A stretch of DNA of 64,000 nucleotides from Eledone cirrhosa (taxonomy: Eukaryota), in NCBI GenBank assembly GCA_964016885.1, contig OZ024741.1, forward strand, positions 50,034,001 to 50,098,000. Direction: 5' to 3'. Under the pieces are notes generated by a model. That model was given only the letters and a program-made list of their open reading frames with translations. It was not told the DNA's origin and made no database searches. Made by a program: the position numbers and the translations under genes. Of this stretch, positions 25,301-38,800 are shown one piece after another. Numbering within the stretch: position 1 is the first letter of the stretch; every line of letters starts with the position of its first letter.

Positions 25301-28300
25301 CGGTGCCATGATAAAAAGCACTTAATCCATACTGTAAGGTAGTAGTGCAGTGCCAGAATCAAGATGAAATGCTTCAGGATCATGTTGTAAAGTGGTTGAT
25401 GTTAGGAAGGGCATCCAACAGTAGAAACCAAACCATAAACAAAGCATAAAGCAATACAGTCACCTGATCAATCTCACCAATAGATATAGGTGTTAAACGG
25501 GGATGATGATGATATGTGTATATGTATATATGAGTGCAAAGTAACTAGAATAAGAACAGAATGGATAAAGTTCAAGAGCCACTACCTCTGTTGACAACAA
25601 AAGGATTTCTTTCTGCAAATGAAGGGCTGCTGTGTGATATTGCTTGAGAGTTGTTGTCTTGGTCTGTTCACCCACCACTTTACAGGTGGTACTGAGTGTA
25701 TTTCATTGACATACATTACCATTAAGGAACCTATCTTGCCCCCTCAGGCTAAACTGACCTTTTCACTCATCTAGTCTGATATCTCATCACAGTTCTTGTA
25801 GGTGGTATATATATATATATATTATCAACATATGTCCGTTTTCCATGTCGGCATGGTTTGGGTAGGTCATTATGATATGAGACAATCATGGTCTGTTGCT
25901 TCTTCTTAGCCCAGTTATTCCTGAGAGGGTCATGGGGGCACTCCTTCCGGCTGGTCCTGTCAGAAGCAACCATCTCCAATTGATGGGGCTGGATCCCCAT
26001 GCGAGACCAGCCAAGTTCATGGATATTATCTAACGATCTTGCTCGGAGTCTACCACTGGGTTTCCTGCTGTTTGGTTTTGCCCATAACCAAATAAAAAAC
26101 TATTATCACCATCATTTTCAGGCTGATGTGACACACTCAACAGAAATCTATTTATCTTGTGTATGCCCTGTTTTTGGCATAGAATGATTTATAATAATAA
26201 TATATAATGGTTTCTAATTTAGGCATGAGGTTGGGAAAAGTGAATAGTCAATTAAATCAACTCCAGAAGTCAACTCAGGAAGGATAAAAAGTTGGCTTTG
26301 GTAGGATTTGAACTCAGAACATAGAGAGCCAGTGGAAATATTGTAAGGCATTTTATCCGAAACAATAATGATACTGCCTATACAACACTAATGTATTTTT
26401 TATAAAGTTACATTTTAACATTTTTATACCAACCCACCCCAAAACATCTTTTTTTATAAAGCGGCCTATTTTAAAGGGTTTTTATTTAAATTAAAGTCTT
26501 CTAACATAATTTGACATAAGAACCTTTTGTTGACGTTAAATGATGATGATGATGACTACCATCTTATTAATGAAATAATTTTAATAAATCCCTCTAAATT
26601 GATTTAAATATTGTGTATTTCATTATAAATATAGTAATGAAAGGATTAATATAAATCAGCTAAGCCATTTAGTTTTCATAAAAAATACGAAATGAATTCT
26701 AATGTAAATAAACATATATACTTTACAATCAGTAGCTTAATCTGAAGAAAAACAAACATTTGGGTGTTAACACATTTTAAATTAATATTTTGATATCAGA
26801 AAAAAAAACAGTCCCTCCATCACCGCCCATCAGCTCATATGTGACTCAATTAAATCTACTAAAATTTAGTGTACATATTTGATCTATTTCTATAAATCAT
26901 TCCTATAACACCCTTTTTTAACATCTGACATAGGGAAACATGTTGAGGAAAATGCCTGAGTTTTAGTCTTCAGCAATTTATGACAAAAAGTGTCCTGTCC
27001 ATACTGTAAAGTGGTTGTTTTGGTGCCACGATAAAAGGTACCCAGTCCCCTCTGTAAATGTGGTTGGCATTAGGAAGGGCAACCAGCTGTAGAAACCAAG
27101 CCAGAAACAGTTCTGTATGAGCACGACACAGTCATCTAACCTCACTTGACTCACAATGGGACAGCTTGGAAAAATGGACATTAAATGAGGATTCAAACCT
27201 GGAAAGCAGATGTAAAATGATTTCTTTCCATTTGCTGTCTTCCTATCATATTCTGTGTAAGTCCCCACCCATGCTATAATATTCTCCATCTACTACTTTT
27301 AAAGTACTAACAGAAATCTCCATTATTATTGGCAGTATCGGTAGAGAGTCGGACGCCATGCTTTGACGCATAGAGTTACGGCCCTTGCCATTCTGAGTTC
27401 AAATCCCGCCGAGGTTAACTTTGCCTTTCATCCTTACGGGGTCGATAAAATAAAGTACCAGTAATGCACTGGGTAATTGCTAGCCTTGTGCCAAAAATAG
27501 AAACAATTATTATAATTGGTAACCTACTGGACAATATATCTTGAAGTATTTAGTTACATGTCTTAGTATTTTTGGTAGGAGATAGCAGAATTGGTAGCCT
27601 ACTGGACAATATACCTTACAGTATTTAGTTACATGTCTTAGTATTTTCAGTTCACATCCCGCTATGTTTGACTTTATTTTATTAAGAAAATGTGGTCCAC
27701 TCAATAGCTGCGGTCAATTGTTATCAACTGTTCCCCACTCCCTTCTCTGACCTTGTGACCTTGCATCAATGTTAGAAATCATTGCTGCAGCTATTCTCAT
27801 TTGAATTTAACCCTTCTGATATCAACTCCCCTCCCCATAAAAAAAACTGGCTCTGGCTCTATGAAATACAAGCAAAAGGGTTCCTATTTAAATAAAAAAT
27901 CTCCCAATATAATTTAATAAGAACCATATTTTAAGTTACTTAGTAATGAAATAAATTAAGGATTTTAGTATATCCATGAGATTAGCTGGTCTTGCTTAGG
28001 AATCCAGCTGGATCAGTTGGAGACAGTTGCTTCTGTCAGGACTCACTGGAAGAAGTGTTTGAGGACTGTGCTGCCACAACCTTCTCAGGAATAAGTGGGG
28101 GGAAAAAAAGAAAAGTAAATCCCTTAAAATCTTCAAGAACTAATTGAAATAAAATGTATTTTAACCAATAAAAACACCCAGCTTGTTTACTTAGTAAACT
28201 GGGTTAACTTATATGTCAACTACACCCATTATATAGAATAGATTTGTCATCTGGTAATATCTGTTAATTCCTCTTCTGATTTTAGTCATTTTAGATTTTT

Positions 28301-31300
28301 TAAATATATTTTTTTTACTGTTGAGTCAGGGAGAGAAGGGTGGTGGCTATGACATTTTTCAAGAGGTTCCTAGACTAGTGGAAAGGAAAGTGTAATGTAT
28401 TCTCATACTAGGGATGTAGTTTGAATGTATGTGATAGTGGATTTCTCTAAAGTTAGCCTAGGGCTTGATGTTAGTATTAATCTGTGTAATCTAATGAAGT
28501 CTCCCACTTAAGTAGGCTACAGTTAAACTCAGAACAAATACTGTAAGGATCCTCTCAAATACTCTAATAGTTCTACTTCACCACCTCTCTATATTGATAT
28601 TTTATTTATCAACTCCAGAACGAGATAAGGCAACATTGACCTTGGAAAGAGCTGGAATAAATTCTACCTGGCAAAAGATTCTGTTGCTGAACAATAAGCA
28701 TGTGAATTGTTTTCCCTTCTCCTGGGCAATTAGAGTGAAAACAGAAATACTGCTGAAAATGTTGTCTTTGGATTCAAATTTGCACAATATATAATTCACA
28801 GACCTCCTGGGACCTGTGGACTCCAGGTTTGGAACTTCCACTGAGGAAGAGCAGACTTTCTGGGATCTGCAGACCTCCTGGCATCTGTGGCCCCCGGGTT
28901 GGGAACTTCTGTTGAGGAAGAGCAGACCCCCCCCCCCCCCCCCCTCCAGAATCTGTGGACCCCAGATTGGAAACTTCTGCTGAGGAAGAGCAGTAACTGA
29001 TCCATACTGTAACAATGTGTCTAATCAATGCCAACATGAAAAGTAGATGTAGAATAATTTGTGTGATACATATATATATATATATCAACGCTTACGTGGA
29101 CCTCTCAAAATTCGTTGGATTTTCTGATTAGACTTTCATCTCGAAACTGGATATCAACCCGGAGTGCACCTGAACTTCCACCAGGAAATCTTTCGGATCT
29201 TTGAAATTTTCTTTGCTTCTTGCATTTAAATATTCCACGACTCTCTACCACTTTTCCTCTACTACATTCTTCTCAGCTGTCTATTTTTCACTCCCACCCT
29301 AGTACCTTCAATATGCCTAATCTCAAATCTTTTCTCTGCCAGCTCCATTCTACTTTCTACTTTCAAGTGCTTTCTCCAACCTCTCCCCCCTATAACAGTT
29401 TTGCAAGTGATGTCAACATGAATGGACCTGTTATTTTTATCTAAAGACATTTTTTTCCAATTCCAACCCGCCCGTCTCCTCAATCTATTTTATTTCTCAT
29501 TCTTTCTTCTGATGAAGGACTAGCGTCCGAAACGTTAAGACCCTCTTCCTGCTATATCAAGTGTTAACCTAATATATATTCACATTTGAGGCACATGGCT
29601 TAGTGGTTAGAGCATTGGCCTTGCAATCGAAAGGTTGTGAGTTCAATTCTCAGACCGGGTGATGTGTTGTTTCCTTGAGCAAGACACTTTATTTCACAAT
29701 GCTCCAGTTTACTCAGCTGTAGAAATGAGATGATAGGGACTGGGGTCCCTATCATTCCACTGCAAAGTGGTCATGGAGGTGCCATGGCAAAAAAGCACCC
29801 AGTCTACACTGTAATGTGGTCGTGTAGGCGCCACGGCAAAAAAGCACCCAGCACTCACTGTAAATGCGGTTGGTGTTAGGAAGGGCATCCAGCTGTAGAA
29901 ATCAAGCCAGAATCAGTTCCCGTCCCACCCTTGCAAGCAGGGAAAAGTGGACGTAAAATGATGATGATGATGATACCTTCCATATACTGTACCGATTGTG
30001 TTGTTATTTCTGTTTACCTTTTACATATATATATATATATATACATACACATATCACTTAATGCAACAGTTTCAGCCTGATGACTTTCGTCTCTCCCCCT
30101 CCCATCCTTGTACTAGTAATTAGTAGGTGGGATTGGTTTTACTTTGTTTTCTGTAGTGTGTGTCTGGTGGGTGTAGTTGAATGTAGTTTTATTGACTGCA
30201 TTTGCTTGAATTTGTTTACGCTTGAGATAAGGCAATTGACAGTCATAGTTATATGTCGATGTATAGCCAGCTTAGTATAGGTTCACCATATCCCTCTCTG
30301 TTGTAAGAAGTGACTAAAGAGGTTAGTGTTAGGAAGGTCATCTGGCTGTGAACATGGTTGCTTCATTTCTCTCTACACGTCTTCCACAGTAACTGCCCAT
30401 ATTTCACTACCATGCAGTACCACACTTCGCACACAAACATCATACAATCATCCTTTTGTACATAGGAAGAAACTTTTTGTCAACAATGGGAGTAGCTCTC
30501 TAAACATCTTCCATCCTTTCCTTATTCTAACTACTATGCTTTCAGAGCACCTACCTTCCTCCACTGCTAATTAAGTCACCTAGCAAGTAAAAGCTATCAA
30601 CTACTTCTATGAACCCTTCCTGTAACTTAGAGGTTTATATCACTGATGTTCTTTCCTTTGATTACCCCTGTGCGTCTTCTACAGACAAAGTCTTCCTTTC
30701 CTGTTAGTCTACCCATTATCCCACTACATCTTTTGTGTACCCAAGATTTACATTGAGCAGGGCCACTTCCCTGCAGGGATCAGGTTGTATCTTCTTACCT
30801 AGTCACTAGCACTTAATTTTGGCTAAGTTTACCCTCAGACCCTTTCATTCCAAATTCCGTTTCCATAGACGGAACTTATTTTCTCTCTCAACTCGTCTAT
30901 GCTTGGTTGTTCACGCACATTGACATTGCACATCCAATGGAGTATGCATGCTTCATTTCTCTCCAGCCGTAGCATATCCTCCACAGTTGCTGCCCATGTC
31001 TCACTACCATGCAGCATTGCGCATCTCACACAGGCATCATATAACCGGCCTTTCATTCGTAGGGAGAAACTCTTCTTTGTCAACAGAGGAAGCAGCTCCC
31101 TAAACTTCTTCCAACTCGTCCTTTTCTAGATACTATAGCCTCGGAGCACTCTCCTCCCTTACTAATCTGATCACTTAGGTACCGGAAGCTATCAACCACC
31201 TCTATAGGTCCTACCTGTATTTGAAAAATGTGTCTATCACTGCGACTTCTACTGTCAAATTTCCCTGTACATCTACTGCATATGTAGTTTTCCCTAACTG

Positions 31301-31906
31301 TTAGTTTGCCTGCTATCCCACTACATCTCTTGTGTACCCAAGATCTACATTGTGTACATTTTATAGAATTTATGCCAACTCCTTTCCTACATATTGAACA
31401 TGGCCATTTCCCTTATGGAATCAGAGTTTTGTCCTCTTTCTTACTTATCAACACTTTTGTCTTAGCTAGGTTTACTCTCAGTCCTCTTGATTCCAACTGC
31501 TGTTTCCATAGCCAGAAATTTTTCTCTAGCTCCTCTACTGATTCTGCTGTAAGTACCAGATCGTCAGCATAGAGAAGTTCCCAGTCTTAAACTCCTGTGT
31601 TATGGTTTGGAGGACTATAACGAAAAAGAGCGGGCTGAGAACCGAACCCTGATGTACTACTTGTATCTGGAATTCCTCACTAAACTTCATTCCTACTTTC
31701 ACTTTACTGACAGCACCCCTGTACATAGCTTGCACTGTCCTCACAAGCCATTCCTCTACATCTAGTTTTCTTAGGGACCACCAGATGACAGATCGGGGTA
31801 CTCTATCAAAGGCCTTCTCTAGGTCAACAAAAGCTAACTATAGTGGCTTATTCATCTCTAAGAACCTCTCTTGTAGTTGTGTCACTAAGAAGGCATCTGT
31901 TGTACT

Positions 31907-31941
<35 letters not shown>

Positions 31942-32655
31942 AGGGCGGGTAAAATTCCCGAGATCCATGGACGAGTTCTCTCCAGCGGTCTCTGTTCTTC
32001 ATTATCGCTGCCATGTCCTGCATCTCCAACAGACCAGTGTCTGTCTTTAGGGCATCAACATACGTTAACCTTGGTCTTCCTCTTCCAGTGTGTCCATGCA
32101 GGGGCTCCCACAGGAGCACTGGGTGCAGTGTCAACTCTGGATGTCGGTGAGCATGTCCAGTTAACCTCAGTCTCCTCTGTGTCACTTTTGAGCTGACTTT
32201 TGGGAGGCTCCCGTACAGCTCTGAGTTGTTCATCCTCAGTGTATACTGATTAATGTTCAGAGGCATTCTCGCGTAGCACCCATCCACCATCTGAGTGAGT
32301 TTCTTGGTCAGTGTCCAAGTCTCAGACCCGTACAGCAGCACAGACTCTACTACAGCAATGAAGAGGCGGATCTTCAGGTCTTCACGAAGGTCCGACTTCC
32401 ACACCGATCTCAAACTGTGGCATGCCGCCCAGGCTTTGCTCTTCCTCTCAACCACATCATCTTCCGTATTCCCAATCTTTGCTCCCAAATACAGGAAGTC
32501 AACTAATTCCAGAGGCTTCCCGCCTACATTAGTAATCCCCTCTGGCTTCTCAACATTCTCTACCAGACATTTTGTCTTAGTCTCATTCATTCTCAGCCCC
32601 ACACTCATCGACACAATCTCAACTTCCTGCATCAAATCCTCTGCTTCCTTCACTG

Positions 32656-32687
<32 letters not shown>

Positions 32688-35253
32688 GCATACTACTTGA
32701 TGCTTTCGACAGTAAGGAAGAGCAATTAGAGTCGTACAATATAGAGGAGCAGTGGGAATTCCTGAAAGCAAACCTGCTGATGGCGGCAGACGAAGTCTGT
32801 GGCTGGAGCAGGCCTGTAGGCAGGAGGAGAGTAACATGGTGGTGGAACAGTAAGGTGGAGGGGTCAATTAAGGCCAAAAAGCAGGCTTGGAAAGTATGGC
32901 GGGATGGGGGAAGTAGAGAAGACTATCAAGTGGCCAGGAGGGAAGCTAGGAGAAAAGTGTACTTCGCAAGAAGGGAAGCAGAGGAAAGAAAGTTCAAGCA
33001 TGTTCTACAACGCGAGGACCAAAAACGTGAGGTGTTCAGGATTGCTAGGCAATGTGTCAAGGAAAACCGTGATATTGTCGGGGAGAAGTATGTACTTAAT
33101 GATGACGGCGTACTTGCCATCACCGACACTGATAAGAAGGTAGCTTGGAAGTGTCACTATGAAAGGCTACTAAATGAGGAGAATAAATGGGAGAAAGACA
33201 GTCTCCCCCACATCGACCCAATAGAGGGCCCAGCAGTGTTAGTCGAGGGTAGTATAATAAGTAAGGCAATCAAGGATATGAAGACGAGTAAGGCAGCTGG
33301 GCCTTCGGAAATAGTTGCTGAGATGCTGAAGGCATCTGGCACGGTGGGACACACCATGGTCACCCGGATAGTTAACCAAGTCGTACAGAATGGGGTTGTT
33401 CCGAAGGACTGGCGTAGCAGCATCATCGTTAACTGTTATAAGGGTAAAGGTGATGCCCTAGATAGGAGTAACTATAGAGGCATTAAATTAATCGACCAGG
33501 TCATGAAGGTCACGGAAAAGGTAATAGCGCAACTAATCAGAGAGCGAATTGACCTAGATGAAATGCAGTTCGGGTTTGTGTCAGGCAAAAGTACCACAGA
33601 CGCTCTTTTCATTCTACGACAACTACAGGAGAAGTACCTAGCTAAAAGTAAACCCCTATACTTAGCTTTTGTCGACTTGGAGAAAGCCTTCGACAGAGTC
33701 CCCCGTTCCATTATCTGGTGGGCTCTTAGAAAACTAGGTGTCGACGAATGGCTTGTGAGAGCTATACAAGCCATGTATAAAGAAACAGTCAGCAAGGTTA
33801 GAATTAACAACGAATATAGTGAAGAGTTTAGCGTAAAAGTTGGTGTCCATCAGGGCTCTGTTCTTAGCCCCCTACTATTTATTATTGCCCTTCAGGCTAT
33901 AACAGAGGAGTTCAAGGCCGGCTGCCCATGGGAAGTCCTATACGCAGACGACCTAACACTCATAGCTGAATCAATGGCCGGGCTAGAGAAGAAATTCCAA
34001 ACATGGAAGCACGGCCTAGAATCAAAAGGCCTTAAAATTAATCTGGCTAAGACCAAAGTTCTAGTTTGTAGGAAAGAAAATAAGGCGGCGGTCCCTTCCG
34101 GGAAGTGGCCATGCTCAGTGTGTAGGAAAGGCGTAGGTAGAAACTCCATTTTGGGTCAGAAATGCAAAGTATGGGTGCATAAAAGATGTAGTGGGATCAC
34201 AGGTAAGCTAACTAAGAACATAGATTTCACATGTGGCCGGTGCTCTGGTGCAATAAGTAGCAGCAAGTGCCCACAAAATACTAGCTCTTTCAATTGCGCA
34301 GAGGGTTCTATAGAAATAGTGGACAGCTTCCGTTACCTGGGTGACAAAATCAGCAGTGGGGGAGGGTGCTCTGAAAGTACAGTAGCTAGAGTCAGAACTG
34401 GATGGAAAAAGTTCAGAGAGCTTATACCACTATTAGCTGCTAAAGGGTTCTCCCTAAAAATGAAAGGCAAGTTGTATGATGCCTGCATACAAACAGCAAT
34501 GTTGCATGGCAGTGAGACCTGGGCATTGTGTGCAGAGGATATACGCAGACTAGAGAGGAACGAAGCTTGCATGCTCCGCTGGATGTGTAATAGTAATATA
34601 CGTGAACGGCAAAGCATAAACGAACTAAGGAAAAAATTAGAAATAAGAGGGATCAGATGTTGTTTACTCGAGAGAAGGCTACGTTGGTATGGACACGTGA
34701 TGCGCATGAAAGTCGATAGCTGTATAACAAAGTGCAGGGCAATAAAGATAGACGGTAGCCACGGAATAGGCAGACCTAGAAAAACCTGGGACGAGCTGAT
34801 AAACTCCGACCTCACCCACTTACACCTCTCCAAGACAATGTCACTGGACCGAGACCGTTGGCGGTACTCAGTAACAGAGAAGACCCGCCTTACCTAAATA
34901 CATAGTAAAACCTACTACAGTCAGTAGGCATCACTAACAAAATACACCCCGCCCCCTTCTACGTAAAGTTATGTTGGTGCCACACCATCCAGGCCGAAAC
35001 AAATGAGATCGTGTAGGTGTCACGACAAAAAAACACACAGTCCACGCTGTAATGTGGCCGTGTAGGCAACACGGTAAAAACCTCCCAGACCCACACTGTA
35101 AACGTGGTTGGTGTTAGGAAGGGCATCCAACTGTAGAAAACCTGCCAGACAGTCCTATGCGAGCAAGACAATCACTCTTGCCTCAAGTGGGAAAACCCCC
35201 GTCCAAACCCATGCAAGCGTGGAACACGGACGTTAAACGTTGATGATGATGAA

Positions 35254-35291
<38 letters not shown>

Positions 35292-35763
35292 GCCATCTCT
35301 GTTTTTCTTTAGGTTTCCATGGAATGTTTTACATTTGTATATTTCAGGTGTTGTGTATATCAAATTTAACAAGACATCGGCTGCTTTCTTAGCAATGGAA
35401 GAGATGAATGGCAAATGTATCCCTGGTCATCCCAAACTTCTCAAGGTCAGTTAATTATTACTTTACATTAATTACACCTCTCTCTCTCTCTATAATGCAG
35501 ACACTATATATTTGAATAATTACATCATTAAAGATATTTACCCCTGTACCCACTTATTATTAAATTCCTTTATTTTGTAGGTGTTGGTTGCCAGTTCAAA
35601 ACGAGATGGTTCTGTACGAGATCCTCGGGAAGAGGAGAAAATTGTTCGACTATTTGTCATTGTTCCAAAGACATATTCAGAAGAAGATGTGCGTACAGAA
35701 TTCGAGGTATGCTTTATTCCTGTTGTCTTTTGAATTCTCTTTCTTCAGCCATATTATATGTAT

Positions 35764-35808
<45 letters not shown>

Positions 35809-38800
35809 TCATCATCACTGTTTTGCATCCGTTCTTCCATGCTAGCATGGGTTAGACGGGTTGTCCTGTTGTGGGCAGTAGCTGGTCGGCTGACCATGCC
35901 TTGCTTGATTTCTACAGCCCTTCCTAACACCAACCTCATTTACAGTGAGTGCTGGGTGCTTTTTTTCCGTGGCGCCTACACGTCCACTTTACAGTGTGGG
36001 CTGGGTGCTTTTTTGCTGTGGCACCTCCACGACCACTTTGCAGTGGGAGGGTCTGGGGGCATATTGTCTATATGCTTAGCCTTCGCCCCAGTCTGTACTA
36101 TGCTCAAATTTATTCATAAGGCACCTATTGTCATCTATTGTAATGCCTTTTTTCATTAAAATAAAAGATGTTAAAAGGTATTTAAATATTGCATAACACA
36201 ATTTTTGTCATTTATTGAGAATATCTAAATGTAGAAAATAATAAAGAAAAGAATAGGAAAATTCATTCTACGAAATTTATAAAATATTTACAGAACTTCA
36301 GTATATAGTGTTTTTAATTTTTTTCTTTGGAGCATATATGAATTGTTTGTGGAGTCTTCCTAGTCTGGAATAACCTACATACAACTAACCATGTGAGAAA
36401 CAGCTCTCTTCTTGATGGTGACTGACAACCTGCAGTATTTGACCTGGGAAATGCAATTGTTTGAAACGAAAGGGGACATTTGTTGGTATTAGCAGTATTC
36501 TATGTATAAATACAATGTCTCCCTTACAACATCCAGTGGGGATTTTGACATTAATAATGTCATAACCATATGTGTCCCATTGCACAATCTTGACTGATCC
36601 AGGTTTCTGAGAAGCATGATGACTGCACCCTTCCTCAATTGAAGGTTGTTTGGCAGCATACAGGACAGTTCCAGACTGTTAAGAAATTGAATGTGATAGT
36701 GGACAGTTTCATCCTCATCAACAACTTTGTCCAGGGATCATTTGTGAGAGATTTTTGTTGATGGGATTCACTGTGTTGTAGGGTGGGGTTTGCTCTTTCA
36801 CACAGCCTCTCCTCGTCAGAATGGTGAATTTCAAAATTAGGAAACACTTGATTAATTAAGCTTAAAATGCTTTCAACAACATTTCAAAATGATGTAGTTA
36901 TCAAAACATCCTTCAGTATCAAGGGTTAGTTTCAGAAGCTTTCAAGCATCCTCTGCAAAAATGTTGTCACCAGGAAGTTGTGCCTTCATGTATTTGCACA
37001 CATACTTTATAGGTTTCGCCTTCACCTGCCCCTCTCATTCTAGTTTCAGAAAAAAGGGCAATTGGGAGTATGTCAGCAGTCAGATTAGTTGAAAACATAC
37101 AAAAAAACTAGGGGGAAAAATTTTCTTCATGACCCCCCAGCAAGCGCTTTTCTATAAATTTAAATTGCTGAGAGGTGCTTACCTGTAACTGTGAGGGTCC
37201 TCCTCCCTCCCTGCCTCTAAAAGGAGAAAAAGGAGACATTGGCGAGTGAGTCGAGTGTCAGATTGGTCATGAAAAAAAAAACTAGAAAAGAAGAAATTCC
37301 TATTGAAGGAAGCTCTGAGGCTGGGAAAATCCAGGGGTCTCCCCTTCACCCGTTTTCGGAGAAAAAGTTGACTGCGAACATATCAGAGGTCAGATTAGTT
37401 GAAAACATGAAATCTGTTAATTATTATCAATTTTATTTAGTTATATTGGCAGTCAACATACAAACAAAGTATTATAAGTATTATAGATAAGCATATATAT
37501 GTGTTTGTGTATAAATATAAGTTTAGTTCATGTTGTACAAAAAAGATAAAGCTACTCAACACATCCATAAGCTGGTGGTCTGTGTAGTTATATATGTTAA
37601 ACAGTTTTGTTTGATTAGGTTGGAAAGTAATAGCTTTAATAACCTTTAAAACTTGCTGTTGTGTATGGTTCACCAACTTAATGTCTTTCCAAAATTATGT
37701 GGGTGATATTTTTGTTTGAAACCTATTTATATGAGCTTTAAAAAAACAACTTTAGTTAGAACAAAACTAGAAGATCTAAGAGTGTATGTGCCTTGATCAG
37801 GGCTTCAAGACAATTGTTTGGGGTAGTAGTCTCTCATCTTTAACCTCATAGCCATTGTGTATACTTCTAATTATTTTCAGAAATTTGGAGACATTGAGTC
37901 TGTGACTATCCTGAAGGATCGGAAATCTGGTGAATCAAAAGGATTTGGTTATGTTAAATACCACCGTCCTTACCATGCTGCACTGGCTTATGAGTCATGT
38001 GACCCAGGTATGTGTCTTAGTTGACTCTTCTTTTTTTATATGATTTAGTCATAAAAGTATTGACATGGTTTTGTGGTTAAGAAGTTCAGTTTGTAACAAA
38101 CTAGGTTCAAGTTTAATCCCACTGCAGCATATCACCTTAGGTTAATACTTTCTACTGTAGACTGACCAACCAATAATTTGTCAGTAAATTTGATAGACAG
38201 ATCTCCACTATACTCATATATATTATGAGTACAGATTTAAGTTTAAGCAAAGAATTTCTGCTTTCACCCTCTATGAAGCAGAAATTCTTTGCTTAACTCC
38301 TTAGCATTTACATTACTCTATATTTACTATTGTATTTTCACATAATATTGAATCTGAGATTTTGATATTATTTATTTTGAGAACAATGCTTTAACATCAG
38401 TATGAGTGGCTGGTTACAGCCGGTTTGAACAAAAAGAGGTGAAAATTCTGGCCCAGATATGGTTGGTTTAAATTCAATTCAATATATTTGGCAGAAAATA
38501 AAATATAGATGCTTCAGATGCCATGTACGGAGGAGAGAGGGGCAAAATTTACACAGTTGGAAACACAGTGGTCCAATTTTGCCTTGAATTGTTGCGTGTA
38601 GCGTGTTGACTACTTCTTCTGGAAGCCGATTCCAGAGTCCAGAGCTGCGAATCGAGAAAACAGCTTTTTGTCATGTCCACGTAGACCCCTTTCAAGTGCC
38701 GGAGTGAATAGATCTTGAGGGAGATTGTAAGCCAAAATGAGATCACCTCGTAGCCGTCAACGCTCCAAGGAGAAGAGGTTCAGCTTCGGCAGCCGGCTTT

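Noticed and set aside
27514-27648. ~60-bp direct duplication next to a SINE
   Set aside because: A simple local duplication with no functional signal. The same applies to the 3x repeat at ~46200-46330.
29588-29660. tRNA genes (also at 48798, 53095, 17232, 27328)
   Set aside because: A/B boxes are present, but each is the head of a multi-copy SINE and lacks a complete cloverleaf or acceptor stem.
32780-34897. Domesticated host RT gene or bacterial retron/DGR-type RT
   Set aside because: It has a LINE 3' UTR and tail, is 5'-truncated, and has multiple decayed sibling copies, so it is an ordinary young RTE insertion.
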